DNA of 63,885 nucleotides, filler included, from Thermodesulfobacteriota bacterium (lineage in GTDB: Bacteria > DASVDK01), in NCBI GenBank assembly GCA_036381125.1. It is 7 parts of 7 records of this genome, joined end to end, with 100 filler letters (N's around TTAATTAATTAA, not from the genome) between each part and the next. Parts side by side here need not be neighbours in the genome. Positions count along the whole stretch, not along the records: positions 38,356 to 58,680 come from DASVDK010000005.1; positions 58,781 to 61,403 come from DASVDK010000011.1; 5 more parts are not named here. The stretch is one strand, 5' to 3'. A program made the position numbers and the translations under genes. Numbering within the stretch: position 1 is the first letter of the stretch; the number at the start of each line of letters is the position of its first letter. A model generated the notes under the pieces. That model ran no database searches, was not told the DNA's origin, and worked only from the letters and a program-made list of their open reading frames with translations. Positions 49,246 through 60,699 of the stretch are shown here, piece after piece.

Positions 49246-50460
49246 CTACGCGGCCGCGACCTTGCGGTCGGCGTTCTTGCCCGGGATCCCCTCGGTGATC
49301 TCCACCCCGCCGATGTCGAGCTGCTCCTGGATCTCCTCGTCGTACTGGCCGCGGAAGCGGAAGCCGTGCGACCGGACCACGTACTTCCTGTCGCCGATCT
49401 TCCCCTGCATCCAGGCCCGGTAGGCCTCCTTGTCCGCCTTCCACATCTCGTACTGGCTCGCGTTGTCCTCGAACGCCGCCTCGTTGACCATGGTGATGCA
49501 GTCCTTGGCCGGGCAGACCGCCTCGCAGACCCCGCAGCCGCAGCAGGCCTCCATCGCCGGGTCGTAGAGCTGCTCGGCCGTGACGTTGAAGACCGAGTCG
49601 GGGCAGGCGATCCAGCAGAGCGTGCACTTCACGCACTTGTCGAAGTCGACGACCGGCCGCATCGTGCGGGTCGTGAACTTCTTGAAGTACGGGTTCCGCT
49701 CGGGGATGAAGCCGTTGCCCTCGGCCGTGGCGTGGCCGGCCGGGATCGCCGGGATCGTGACCCCGTCGCGCATCTGGTGCCAGGCCGGCATGTCGAACGC
49801 GTACGGCTTCTCGGGGTTCCCCTCCGTGGGGCTCACCGGGCGCAGCTCGATCCGGTCGTAGGCCTTCTCCGCCGAGGCGACCTTGAGGTCGTTGCCCCAC
49901 TCCGCCTCGCGAATCGCCTGCGACACCGCGTCGAGCGAGAGGAACTCCGGCTTGATGCGGGCAAGCGCGCCGAGGACGCGCGCCTCGGTGTGGTCCTCGC
50001 GGTGGACCCAGAGGCCGGAGAAGGACGCCTTGGCGGGGAGCAGGCCGAGGCTGTAGGGCTCGTCCTTCCGGTGGATGTCCTCGAGCAGCTCCTCGGCGCT
50101 CTGCAGCGACGTGATCAGGACCGTGCCGTCCCTGACCGTGAGCCGGTTGATCGGCTGCAGGCCGTACCACGCCCAGGACTCGACCCCCTTCGCCAGCGTG
50201 TCGTCGAGGCAGATCGTGACGTCCACCTCCTTGGGCTCGTAGCGGGCCATGTTCTGCTCGAGCTCCTCCTGGGTGTCCGCCACGATGGCGAAGTCCTTCG
50301 CCGGGATTCCGTTGCGCTGCGGGCTGTCGCCGTACCGCCCGAACGCGATCCCCCAGCGGCCCGCCTTGCGCGCGGCGAGCACGATGCCGCGGCAGATCCG
50401 GGCGGCCAGGTTCTTCTGGAAGATGCCGCGGTACACGACCTCACATGTGAACGCCGCCAT
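49246..50460 (-). CDS. 2-oxoacid:ferredoxin oxidoreductase gamma-delta fusion subunit, 2x[4Fe-4S]
   Basis: N-terminal gamma-like domain (YGDSPQRNG); CVKCTLCWIACP and CCGCGVCEAVCP. Confidence 0.88.
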   Translation of the reverse strand: MAAFTCEVVYRGIFQKNLAARICRGIVLAARKAGRWGIAFGRYGDSPQRNGIPAKDFAIVADTQEELEQNMARYEPKEVDVTICLDDTLAKGVESWAWYGLQPINRLTVRDGTVLITSLQSAEELLEDIHRKDEPYSLGLLPAKASFSGLWVHREDHTEARVLGALARIKPEFLSLDAVSQAIREAEWGNDLKVASAEKAYDRIELRPVSPTEGNPEKPYAFDMPAWHQMRDGVTIPAIPAGHATAEGNGFIPERNPYFKKFTTRTMRPVVDFDKCVKCTLCWIACPDSVFNVTAEQLYDPAMEACCGCGVCEAVCPAKDCITMVNEAAFEDNASQYEMWKADKEAYRAWMQGKIGDRKYVVRSHGFRFRGQYDEEIQEQLDIGGVEITEGIPGKNADRKVAAA

Positions 50461-50486
50461 TGCTCCCTCCGGTGTAAGATCCGTTC

Positions 50487-51023
50487 ATGATCATCGCCCA
50501 CGTCGCCGTCACGACCGCCGACGACTACCTCGCCCGGCGCGCCCCCTACCGGGAGGCCCACCTCGGCCGCCTCCTGGACCTCAGGGCCCGCGGCCTCGTG
50601 GTGGGCGGCGGCCCCGCCCCCGACGGCCGGTCGGCCGACGTCGTCTACCGGGCCCCCGACGAGGCCGCGGTGCGGCGCCTGGTCGACGAGGACCCCTACG
50701 TGACGGGCGGCGCCTGGACCGGCTACACGGTGACCCCCTTCACCGAGTTCCTCGAGCCCTGGCGCCTGCCCCCGCTCGTGACCGACGGCTCGCGCCGGGT
50801 CACGATCGTCGAGGGCGTCGTCACCGACCCGGACATGGCGCCCCTCGCGCTGGTGGAGGCCCGCGGGGCGGGGCGCCTCCTGTTCGGCGGCCTCTTCGCG
50901 GGCAGCCGGGCGCTGGCGGTCATGGCCGAGCCGGAGCCCGAGGGGCCGCTCCGCTGGTTCGCCGAGACCGGCTTCTTCGCCCCCGACAGCCTCCGCTCCC
51001 GTCCCCTCCTGTACGTGCTCTAG
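50487..51023 (+). CDS. YciI-family protein (tandem YCII-like domains)
   Basis: RRAPYREAHL, GGGP, EDPYV; second degenerate copy LLFGG. Confidence 0.75.
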   Translation: MIIAHVAVTTADDYLARRAPYREAHLGRLLDLRARGLVVGGGPAPDGRSADVVYRAPDEAAVRRLVDEDPYVTGGAWTGYTVTPFTEFLEPWRLPPLVTDGSRRVTIVEGVVTDPDMAPLALVEARGAGRLLFGGLFAGSRALAVMAEPEPEGPLRWFAETGFFAPDSLRSRPLLYVL

Positions 51024-51045
51024 GGGTCGGGTCCGTACCCGTTCC
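51023..51045. repeat. lone degenerate left arm of the REP-like family
   Basis: GGGGTCGGGTCCGTACCCGTTCC aligns ungapped with 28522-28544. Confidence 0.5.
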
Positions 51046-51062
51046 CGGTGCCCGGCGCGGCG

Positions 51063-51893
51063 CTATGTCCTCACCCCTTCCTTGACAGTGGTCCGACCGT
51101 TGTCGGCAGCGGTCGGATCATCGCCCGACGGCCCCGCCCGGTCGGACGGCCCCCCTTGCAAGCGCACGAGCGCCCCGCGGTACGACTCGAGCGCGTCGAC
51201 GAGGAGCCCCTCGAGCGTCTTGAGGTGCTGCAGCATCGCGGCCGACGCGGCCGGCCCGTCGCCGGCCGCGACGGCATCGAGGATCTGGCGATGGTCGACG
51301 ATCGCCTGCTCGCGCCGGGCATGGCTGTCCACCAGCTCGCGCCGGCTCTCCGAGACGAGGTCCGAGAGGTAGTTGTGCAGGCGGATGAAGGTCTGGTTGT
51401 GCGCCGCCTCGGCGATGGCGAGGTGGAAGCCCCGGTCGGCGTCGTAGGCGACGTCGAGGTCGTCGGCCTCGAGGTCCCGCTCCTGCCGCGCGAGCGCGTC
51501 GCGGATCCGCTCCACGTCGGCGCGCGTGGCGCGCTCCGCCGCGAGGAAGGCGAGGCGCGGCTCGAGCATCTGCCGCGCTTCGTAGAGGTCGAGGAGCGCC
51601 TGCCGCTGGCGCACCAGGTAGTTGCCGAGGGGGACCGTGAGCGCGGAGGGGAGGCTCTGCGCCACGTAGTTGCCGCCCCCCTGGCGCGACCGGATGAGCC
51701 CCGACAGCTCGAGCGCGCGCAGCGCCTCGCGGATCGAGCCGCGGCTCGCCTGGAACACCTCGGCGAGCTGGCGCTCGGGCGGGAGCTGCTCGCCCGGCTT
51801 GAGCTCGCCGCGCGCGATCCGGCCCTGGAGGGTGCGGACGATCGCCTCCGTGACCTTGCCGCGTCTGCGAGGCGGCGCCGCGTCGTCGGCCAT
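51063..51893 (-). CDS. GntR/FadR-family transcriptional regulator
   Basis: LPPERQLA..F..SRGSIREAL, RQGGG; FCD domain D..FH..IA...H..I...M..H. Confidence 0.93.
   Translation of the reverse strand: MADDAAPPRRRGKVTEAIVRTLQGRIARGELKPGEQLPPERQLAEVFQASRGSIREALRALELSGLIRSRQGGGNYVAQSLPSALTVPLGNYLVRQRQALLDLYEARQMLEPRLAFLAAERATRADVERIRDALARQERDLEADDLDVAYDADRGFHLAIAEAAHNQTFIRLHNYLSDLVSESRRELVDSHARREQAIVDHRQILDAVAAGDGPAASAAMLQHLKTLEGLLVDALESYRGALVRLQGGPSDRAGPSGDDPTAADNGRTTVKEGVRT
51087..51120. promoter_or_regulatory. FadR-type operator(s) at the 3' end of the regulator gene
   Basis: AGTGGTCCGACCG (51087-51099) and the related CGGTCGGATCA (51110-51120). Confidence 0.55.
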
Positions 51894-52031
51894 GGCGACT
51901 CTCCCCAGCCCCGGTCGGCACGAGGGTGGATCACGCGGGATCGGCGGGAGAGCGGGCGTGGAGGCGTGCGCTGCGAGCCGCGCGGGGACCCGGTGGACCG
52001 GGGGCCCGAGTGGTCCCGCAACCGGCCGCGC

Positions 52032-52058
52032 CGGTCGGACCACTGGCATCCACCATAC
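52032..52058 (-). promoter_or_regulatory. -10 and FadR-type autoregulatory operator
   Basis: minus strand TATGGT followed by AGTGGTCCGACCG (52044-52032). Confidence 0.6.
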
Positions 52059-52115
52059 TGCGCGGGCTGTTTGATTGTTATGAGAAACTTCGCACAGGCG
52101 GCAGGGCAGGCGGTC

Positions 52116-53183
52116 TCACGCCTGCCGCGCCCCTCGCACCGGCTCGACCTCCTCGCGCGCCCGCTCGAGGTCCTCCGCCGCGGGACGTGGGCCCGGCTGC
52201 TCGGCAGCCGCGCCAGGCTCGTAGGCCAGCTCGACCAGGAGCGGCAGGTGGTCGGAGCCGATGTCGCCGAGGGTCCGCATCTGCACGAGCCGGAAGTGCC
52301 CCGAGTGGAACAGGTGGTCGAGCGGGTAGCGGAGCCACCTGGGCGTCCGGGCGTGGAACGTGGCGTAGAGGCCGCGGCCGCGCCTCGGGTCGAGCAGGCC
52401 GCTCACCTTCTGGAAGAGGCGCGACGTCGCCGACCAGGCCACGTCGTTCATGTCGCCGCAGACGATCGTCGGCCCGGGCGTCGCGGCCGCCTCCCGGCCC
52501 ACGAGGACCAGCTCCGCGTCGCGCTCGCCGGTGTCGGACGCCGGTTGCGGCGGCCTCGGGTGGAGGCTGATCACCCGGACCGCCTCGCCCGACCGCAGCC
52601 GCGCCCGGGCGTGGATCGACGGCACGTCGGGCTCGACGAGGAACCGCACCTTCGACTCGTCGACCGGCAGCTTCGAGTAGAGGGCCATCCCGTAGGCGTT
52701 GTCGAGCGGGCAGGTCGTCGCGTGCGGGAAGGTCGCCCGGAGCCGGTGGAGGCGTCCGACCCACCAGTCGTCGGCCTCGTCCAGCACGACGACGTCCGGC
52801 TCCACCGCCGCGACGAGGTCGAGCAGGCGATCGACGCGGCGGTTGCCCTGGCGGACGTTCGCCACGAGGAGGCGAACGGCGCGGGTCCGGTCGTGCCGCG
52901 ACGCGGCGCCGACCTCGACCGGCGCGCCCGGCAGGTACGGCCAGACCCACGCGGCCTGGTACACGGCGGCCGCGACGAGCGCCCCCGCGGCGAGCCGGCC
53001 GGCTCGCGACGCGCCTGCGGCCCGCAGCACGAGCGGGGCCGCGGCGACGTACAGGGCCAGCAGCTGCAGGCGCGGGAAGTCGAGCGCGCGGATCCACCAC
53101 CGGTCGCTCCGCGACATCGGCAGGACCGCCGTCGCGGCCAGGCCGAGGCCGGCCGCTAGTGCCCAGAACCCGCCGCGCCTCAT
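52116..53183 (-). CDS. membrane-anchored EEP-family hydrolase
   Basis: three N-terminal TM segments with DFPRLQ; ANV, GDMND, PLDH, GSDHLP. Confidence 0.9.
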   Translation of the reverse strand: MRRGGFWALAAGLGLAATAVLPMSRSDRWWIRALDFPRLQLLALYVAAAPLVLRAAGASRAGRLAAGALVAAAVYQAAWVWPYLPGAPVEVGAASRHDRTRAVRLLVANVRQGNRRVDRLLDLVAAVEPDVVVLDEADDWWVGRLHRLRATFPHATTCPLDNAYGMALYSKLPVDESKVRFLVEPDVPSIHARARLRSGEAVRVISLHPRPPQPASDTGERDAELVLVGREAAATPGPTIVCGDMNDVAWSATSRLFQKVSGLLDPRRGRGLYATFHARTPRWLRYPLDHLFHSGHFRLVQMRTLGDIGSDHLPLLVELAYEPGAAAEQPGPRPAAEDLERAREEVEPVRGARQA

Positions 53184-53313
53184 TGCGGCCCCGGTCGCTC
53201 GCACCCGCCGTGCCCGATCCCCGGGTGGGGTCGGCGCGAGGCCGAAGCCCGGTGAGCCCGGCCGGCCCGCGAGATCACGGCCCCGGGGCCTCACGGCCTG
53301 CCGGGGACGGCCT

Positions 53314-53943
53314 TCACGGCAGCCAGCACCGCAGCACCTCGTCGGCCCGCACGACGGTGCCGTAGCGCCGCTGCCAGTTCACCAGCGCGGCCGCGTGCAG
53401 GTTCGGGACGTAGCCGGCCACGGCGTCCGCGACCGGGACGACGTAGTAGTCGAGCTGGAACGCGTCGCGAACCGTGCAGTCGACGCAGCCGTTCGAGACG
53501 ACGCCGGCGGCGACGCAGGTGCGGACTCCGCGGCCGCGGAGGGCCATGTCGAGGTGGGTCCCGAGAAAGGCGCTGAATCGGCGCTTCCTGATGACGACGT
53601 CGCCCGGCTCGGGCCGCAGCTCGTCGACGACCTGGTGCCCCCATGTGCCGTCGAGGCAGCTGGCCACGAGGCCGGCCTCCTCCCGCTTCTCGCGCCACGG
53701 GGGCGAGTCGGCGGCGGGGTCGGCGGTCATCATCGCGTACACGACCGTGGCGCCCGCGCGCCTGGCCCCGGCGAGGAGGCGCTGCACGGTCGGGATGACG
53801 CCGCGCACCGGTGCGAGGGGAAGCCGGTTCCGATCGCAGGCGCCCCCCTCGGCACAGTAGTCGTTCTGCATGTCGACGACGACGAGGGCGGTGTGCTCCG
53901 GGCGGACCTTCTCCGCCAGGGTCCTGAGGGGCGTGGTGGGCAT
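53314..53943 (-). CDS. isochorismatase-family cysteine hydrolase (RutB-like)
   Basis: VVDMQNDY, K.RFSAF.GT, GVVSNGCV..T.RDA. Confidence 0.9.
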   Translation of the reverse strand: MPTTPLRTLAEKVRPEHTALVVVDMQNDYCAEGGACDRNRLPLAPVRGVIPTVQRLLAGARRAGATVVYAMMTADPAADSPPWREKREEAGLVASCLDGTWGHQVVDELRPEPGDVVIRKRRFSAFLGTHLDMALRGRGVRTCVAAGVVSNGCVDCTVRDAFQLDYYVVPVADAVAGYVPNLHAAALVNWQRRYGTVVRADEVLRCWLP

Positions 53944-53948
53944 CACGG

Positions 53949-55456
53949 TCACACCCTCCGCACGGCCTCGGCGAGGAGCCGGCGGCCCTGGTCGATCTGC
54001 CGCCGCCGTGCCTCCCGCCAGGCGCGGTGACGCTGCAGTCGTCCGTCGGCGTCGGCGAGCTGCTTCCCCATCTCCCGCGGGCTCGGGCTCCCCTCGGTGG
54101 CGAGCGCCTCGAGGAACCGCTCCGGGTCGAGCTGCTGCCGGACCCACGGTGTGGGGAGCCCGAGCGGCCGGCCGAGGGTCTCCTGGGCCGCGGCGTCGAG
54201 CATGGCGCCCGTGACGGCCTCGACCGTGACCCCGTCGCGAACGGCATTGCGGACCAGGCGGGCGACCACGTGATGCGCGGTGCGGAAGGAGAGATCGCGC
54301 TCCCTGACGATGGCGTCGGCGAGGGCGCTGGCGGTGCTCCAGAAGGCACCGGCCCGGCGGCGCATCTCGTCCGCGTTGATCGTCAAGGACTCGAGGACGC
54401 CGACCACGAGGTCGAGGCAGCGCCACGTCGTGTCGGTCGCCTCGTCGAGAACGTGGCCCGCGTAGGCCGGGTCGCAGTCGGTGCTCGACGCGCTGCGAGC
54501 GATGCCGGCCGAGGCGGGGAACCAGCCGACGGCGCGCCCGGCGAAGCCGCGGACGTGCTCCAGGGCGACGGCGTTCTTCTTCTGCGGCATGATCGACGAC
54601 GAGCCGCAGTACCCGTCGTCGACCTCGACGAGGTCGAATTCCCAGCTGTGCCAGAGGTAGAGGTCGCCGGCCATTCGGCCGAGGTCGACCATGGCGATGC
54701 CGAGGACCGCCGCCGTCTCCATGACCCAGTCGAGCGTGAACTCGCCGGCGTCGTGCGAGTTGACGACGATGTCGTCGTGCCCGAGCAGCTCGGCGACGCG
54801 CCGGCGGTCGAGCGGCCACGAGGTGCCGCAGAGCGCCGCCCCGCCGAGGGCGCTCAGGTTCACGCGGGCGAACGCCTCCTCGACCCGCTGCATGTCCCGC
54901 TCGAACAGGTAGAACTGCCGCAGCAGGTAGTGGCCGAGGGTCCAGGGCTGGGCGTGCTGGAGGTGGGTCCAGCCCGGCATGAGGGTCCCCACGTGCCGGG
55001 CGGCCATCCGATGGAGACGGTCGGACAGCGCCGCGAGACCGTCGTGGACCACGAGGAGGCGATTGCGGACGAAGAGCCTCGCCACGGCCGCGTTGTGGTC
55101 GATGCGGCTTCGCCCCGTGTGCATCCGGCCGCCGACGTCCTCGCCGATACGGTCGGTGAGGAAGGTCTCCACCTGCAGGACGAGCGAGTCGAATCTGGGG
55201 TCGATCGGGAACGCATCGCCGAGGGCCGCCGCCTCCTCGAGCGCTCCGAGGATCGCCCGCGCCTCGTCCGACCGCAGGATCCCCCGCTCGCGGAGCATCA
55301 CGACGTGCGCCGTGTCGACCTGCAGGTGCTCCGGCAGGGCACGCCGGTCCCTCGCGAGCCGCGGCGTCAGCATGTGGTCGAGCACCCGCTGCGCGGTGGC
55401 GGAGAGGCGGCCCGAGGTGAGGGGCCTCCTGGCACCGGTCGTCGATGTCTCGCTGC

Positions 55457-55460
<4 letters not shown>
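53949..55460 (-). CDS. argininosuccinate lyase-like C-N lyase (fumarase/aspartase superfamily)
   Basis: HTGRSRID, THLQHAQP, SSIMPQKKN, FRTAH; long C-terminal helix. Confidence 0.88.
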
Positions 55461-56595
<1,135 letters not shown>

Positions 56596-56599
<4 letters not shown>

Positions 56600-57597
56600 G
56601 ACGGCTTCGGCCCCGCCGGGCCAGGCTCGGCGAGCCAGCAGGCGGCCGCGTGACCCGGGCCGATCGTCAGCGGCGGCGGCTCCCGTTCGGCGCAGGCCGG
56701 CATCGCGCTCGGGCACCTCGGGCCGAACCGGCAGCCCGTCGGGAGGTCCGCCAGGCTCGGAACGAAGCCCTCGATGGCGTAGAGCTCCGCGTCGGGGCGC
56801 TCGAGGCTGATCACCGAGCGAAGGAGCCCGGCGGTGTAGGGATGGGCGGGGGCATCGAAGAGGCGCTCGACCGGCGCCTCCTCCACGACCCGGCCGGCGT
56901 ACATGACGTACACGCGGTCGCAGACCTCCGCCACGACCCCGAGGTCGTGCGTGATCAGGAGGAGCGCCATCCCGAGCTGCTTCTGCAGCGACTTGAGGAG
57001 GTCGAGGATCTGCGCCTGGATCGTCACGTCGAGGGCCGTCGTCGGCTCGTCGGCGATCAGGAGTGCCGGCCGGCACGAGAGCGCCATCGCGATGAGCACG
57101 CGCTGCCGCATCCCGCCGGACAGCTCGTGCGGGTAGCGCTCCGCCACCCGGGCGCTCCGGGGGAGGGCGACCATGTCGAGCGCCTCGGCCACCCGTGCCT
57201 CGACCCGGTCGTGACCCCGGTGGAAGCGGATCGCCTCGGCGATCTGCTCGCCCACCCGCATGACCGGGTTGAGGTAGGTGGAGGGGTCCTGGAAGATCAT
57301 GGCAATCTCCCGGCCGCGCACCCTGCGCATCGCCTCCGGCGGCAGCCGCAGGAGGTCGACGCCCCGGTAGAGCACCTGGCCGCCGGCGTAGCGCCCGGGC
57401 GGCTCGGGGATCAGCCGGAGCACCGACAGCGCCGTCACCGACTTGCCGCAGCCGGACTCGCCGACCAGGCCGACGGCCTCCCCCGCGCGCACGGCGAGGC
57501 TCACCGCGTCGGTCGCCCTGACCACCCCTCGCGACGTGAGGAAGTGCGTCGAGAGCTCCTGCACGGCGAGCAGGGGCTGCCCCGCCGTCGCGCTCAT
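56596..57597 (-). CDS. oligopeptide ABC ATP-binding protein
   Basis: [29 protein letters not shown]. Confidence 0.93.
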
Positions 57598-58418
57598 CGC
57601 TCTCGAAGACGGGGATTGAGGGCGTCGTTCAGCCCGTCCCCCACCAGGTTGAAGCCGAGGACCGTGAGGAAGACCGCCGCCCCGGGAAAGGCCGAGAGCC
57701 ACCACGCCTGGCGCAGGTAGCGCTGGGCCTCCTGCAGCATCGTCCCCCACGACATCGCGTTCGGATCGCCGAGCCCGAGGAAGGAGAGGCTCGCCTCGAG
57801 CAGGATCGCCTGCGCCACGTCGAGCGAGCCGGCGACGACGGCCGGGGGCAGGGCGTTGGGGAGGATCTCGGAGACGATGATCCGGAGACGCGACAGGCCG
57901 ATGGACCGCGCCGCCTCGACGAACTCCTGCTCCTTGAGCGACAGGAACTGCGCCCGCACGAGGCGGGCCGCCGGCGGCCACGAGAGGATGCCGATGACGG
58001 CGATGATCCGGTCGAGCCCGCCCCCCAGGAGCGCCACCACGACGAGGGCGAGGACGAGGCGGGGCATGACCTGGAACATCTCCGTGATGCGCATGAGCAC
58101 GGCGTCGAGCCGGCCGCCGTGGAACCCGGACGTCGCGCCGACGACGATCCCGATGGCAACGGCGACGGCGGCGGCCAGGAGCCCGACGGTGAGCGAGACC
58201 CGGGCGCCGTGGACGAACTGGCTGAACACGTCCCGCCCGAGGGCGTCGGTCCCCATGAGGTACCCCTCGCCAGGCGGCCGGAACGAGGCCCGGGAAATCG
58301 CGAACGGGTCCGCGGGGGCGATGGCCGGCGCGAGGAGCGCGACCAGCCCGAACAGGCCGACGACCGCGAGTCCGAAGACCGCCGCCCGATTCCGTCGAAA
58401 CCGCCGCCAGAAGTCCAT
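57594..58418 (-). CDS. peptide ABC permease (DppC-like)
   Basis: [25 protein letters not shown]. Confidence 0.93.
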   Translation of the reverse strand: MDFWRRFRRNRAAVFGLAVVGLFGLVALLAPAIAPADPFAISRASFRPPGEGYLMGTDALGRDVFSQFVHGARVSLTVGLLAAAVAVAIGIVVGATSGFHGGRLDAVLMRITEMFQVMPRLVLALVVVALLGGGLDRIIAVIGILSWPPAARLVRAQFLSLKEQEFVEAARSIGLSRLRIIVSEILPNALPPAVVAGSLDVAQAILLEASLSFLGLGDPNAMSWGTMLQEAQRYLRQAWWLSAFPGAAVFLTVLGFNLVGDGLNDALNPRLRER

Positions 58419-58437
58419 GCCCGCTCCAGGGATCCCG

Positions 58438-58680
58438 CTAGTACCGGATCCGCGGATCCAGGTAGGCGTAGAGGACGTCGGTCAGGAGGTTCGTCACGAC
58501 GACCACGACCGAGAGGAAGAGGAAGATCCCCAGGAGCAGCGGGTAGTCGCGGCTGCCGATGGACTCGAAGAGGAGGCGGCCGAGACCGGGCCAGCCGAAG
58601 ACCGTCTCCACCAGCACCGAGCCGCTCAGGGCGAAGCCGAGGTTGTAGCCGACGATGGTCACGACCGGCAGGAGCGCGTT
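58438..58680 (-). CDS. peptide ABC permease (DppB-like), C-terminal fragment
   Basis: ETVFGWPGLG, RDYP, LDPRIR. Confidence 0.9.
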   Translation of the reverse strand, partial: NALLPVVTIVGYNLGFALSGSVLVETVFGWPGLGRLLFESIGSRDYPLLLGIFLFLSVVVVVTNLLTDVLYAYLDPRIRY

Positions 58681-58780
58681 NNNNNNNNNNNNNNNNNNNN
58701 NNNNNNNNNNNNNNNNNNNNNNNNTTAATTAATTAANNNNNNNNNNNNNNNNNNNNNNNNNNNNNNNNNNNNNNNNNNNN
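58681..58780. other. artificial contig linker
   Basis: N-run with TTAATTAATTAA. Confidence 0.98.
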
Positions 58781-59025
58781 AGGCGGTCGTGCGGCCTCAG
58801 TTCGAGCACGATGAGCGCCTGGGCGTCGGCCGCGAACTCGATCCGGGGGACGACCCGGATCCCGAACGGGGGGCTGTCCCCCTCCCAGCGGCGTCGGGCC
58901 GCCCGCCTCGCCCCGCAGGGCAGGCAGAGCGGGTGCTCCGGCTCGCCGTCCCACCCCGAGGCGGTCGTCAAGGGCTCCGCGCAGACGCTGCAGCGGGCGC
59001 CGGTCGGGAGATTGGCCACGGCCAT
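58781..59025 (-). CDS. hypothetical protein with CxxC...CxxC zinc ribbon, 3' truncated
   Basis: CSVC-x18-CLPC; start uncertain. Confidence 0.45.
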
Positions 59026-59106
59026 TGCGGCCGGACCCTACTCGATTCCGGTCCCGGCCGTCAAGCGTGATCCCTTGCCCGGCCGGGCCGATGACCGCGA
59101 TCGGTC

Positions 59107-60579
59107 CTACCAGCGGCTCCGCACGCGGTAGCTCAGGACGACCTCCCCCCCGGCGGGCACCGGGACGTCGAAGCGGAGGGTGTTGGCGTCGACGCGCTGT
59201 CCCGGCCGCGACGACCGGACGACCTGCCAGTCGCCCGGCACCGACTCGACGACGCGAACCGTCTCGGCGCGACCGCTCCGGTTGCGGAGCCTGATCTCCC
59301 ACTCGACCTCGTTCGTCCGGTCGTCGATCCGGTTCCAGGCCACCTGCCGCCGCGCCGCGCGCACGTCGAACACGGTGCCGACGCGGAGGCGGGCCGTCTC
59401 GTCGCGCGGGACGTGGCCGATGGCGTCCTCGCCCGCGAGGCGGAGTGCGCCGGAGGCGTCGGGCGCGAGGACGCGGACGGTGCCGGCCGGCAACGGACGG
59501 CCGAGCCCGTCGGCCTGCGTGTTGCGGATCTCGAGGACGGCGGAGACCGGGCCTTCGCGGAAGCCGTCATCCGGGGCGCCCGGGACCGGCCGCGGCTGCC
59601 AGAGGCCGACGTCCCCCTGGTAGATCAACCGGCGGGTCACCGCGACGCCCGGCGCGTCGACGAGGCGGAGCTGCGTCGTCTCGTTCTGCTCGAGCGTCGT
59701 GCGGCCGTCGATCGGGTAGAGGTGGTACCCGCTGAAGGCCTGCGGCTGCGGCAGGCCCGCGTCGGCCGCCGCGGCCGTCTCCCTGGCGCGGGCCGCGAAG
59801 GGTACCGCCGGCGGCCGCGCGCGGTTCAGGTCGCCGGCCACGAGCGCGAGCGTCGCGTCGCGATAGGCGACGCCGCTGCGGTTGGTGACCGAGGCCCAGC
59901 CGGTCAGGTCGCCCCGGGTCGACTCGCGGTCGAGGACCAGCGTGTAGACCGCCTGCCAGGAGAGGCCGGACGTGAGGTACGAGGCCTCGAGCCGCTGCGT
60001 CTGCGCCCGGGTGCTCCTGACGCGCCAGAAGAGCGTCGGCCGCGCGACGAGGTCGTCGGGCGCCGAGGGGAGGACGGGCGACGCGTCGGGGTCGACGTAC
60101 ACCTTGCCGTCGATCTCGTACACCGGGCCGCCGGCCACGCCGAGCAGCCGCGCCCGGACCAGCTCGCCGTCGAGCCGCACCTCGATCTCCCGCCCCACGA
60201 AGCGGGCGAGGAGCGTCTCGGGCGTGAGGAGGTCGAAGGCGTACCGCTGCTCGAGCACGGTGAGGGCCTCGGGGTCCGGGAGGGCGCGCAGGACGACGGA
60301 CGTGGGGTCGATCGCCGACGGGACGTCGCGGAACTGCACCGCCTCCACGCCGGCCGCCAGGCGCGCCTCGCGCACCTCGCGAACGAGGGCGAGGTCGCTC
60401 GCGTAGACGGTGAGGGCGAGGTCGCGCTGCGCGTCGCGCTCGACGACGACCGGCGCGGCGGGCGCCGCGGCGGGGAGCGCGAGGACGAGCAGGGCGAAGG
60501 CGAGGAGGGACGGGATCGCCGCGAGCGCGCGGCCGATCGGGACGCGACGAGAGATCACGAGAGGGTCCTCCCTGGCCAC
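59107..60579 (-). CDS. secreted DUF4139-domain protein
   Basis: signal peptide; LTVY..DLALVRE.R, SYLT.GLSW.A.Y, WA.V.N.SG, YHLY, PLPAG.VR; start could be 60558. Confidence 0.85.
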   Translation of the reverse strand: MAREDPLVISRRVPIGRALAAIPSLLAFALLVLALPAAAPAAPVVVERDAQRDLALTVYASDLALVREVREARLAAGVEAVQFRDVPSAIDPTSVVLRALPDPEALTVLEQRYAFDLLTPETLLARFVGREIEVRLDGELVRARLLGVAGGPVYEIDGKVYVDPDASPVLPSAPDDLVARPTLFWRVRSTRAQTQRLEASYLTSGLSWQAVYTLVLDRESTRGDLTGWASVTNRSGVAYRDATLALVAGDLNRARPPAVPFAARARETAAAADAGLPQPQAFSGYHLYPIDGRTTLEQNETTQLRLVDAPGVAVTRRLIYQGDVGLWQPRPVPGAPDDGFREGPVSAVLEIRNTQADGLGRPLPAGTVRVLAPDASGALRLAGEDAIGHVPRDETARLRVGTVFDVRAARRQVAWNRIDDRTNEVEWEIRLRNRSGRAETVRVVESVPGDWQVVRSSRPGQRVDANTLRFDVPVPAGGEVVLSYRVRSRW

Positions 60580-60699
60580 GCGGTCCTCCCTGCCGGGCGT
60601 GGCCCCGGTCACGCGAGGCGCGTGCCGCCGGCGCCGCCAAGCGTACACGGCGCCTGCCGGCGGCGCAAACGCGGGCCGCGCCCGCGCTAGAATCGCCGC

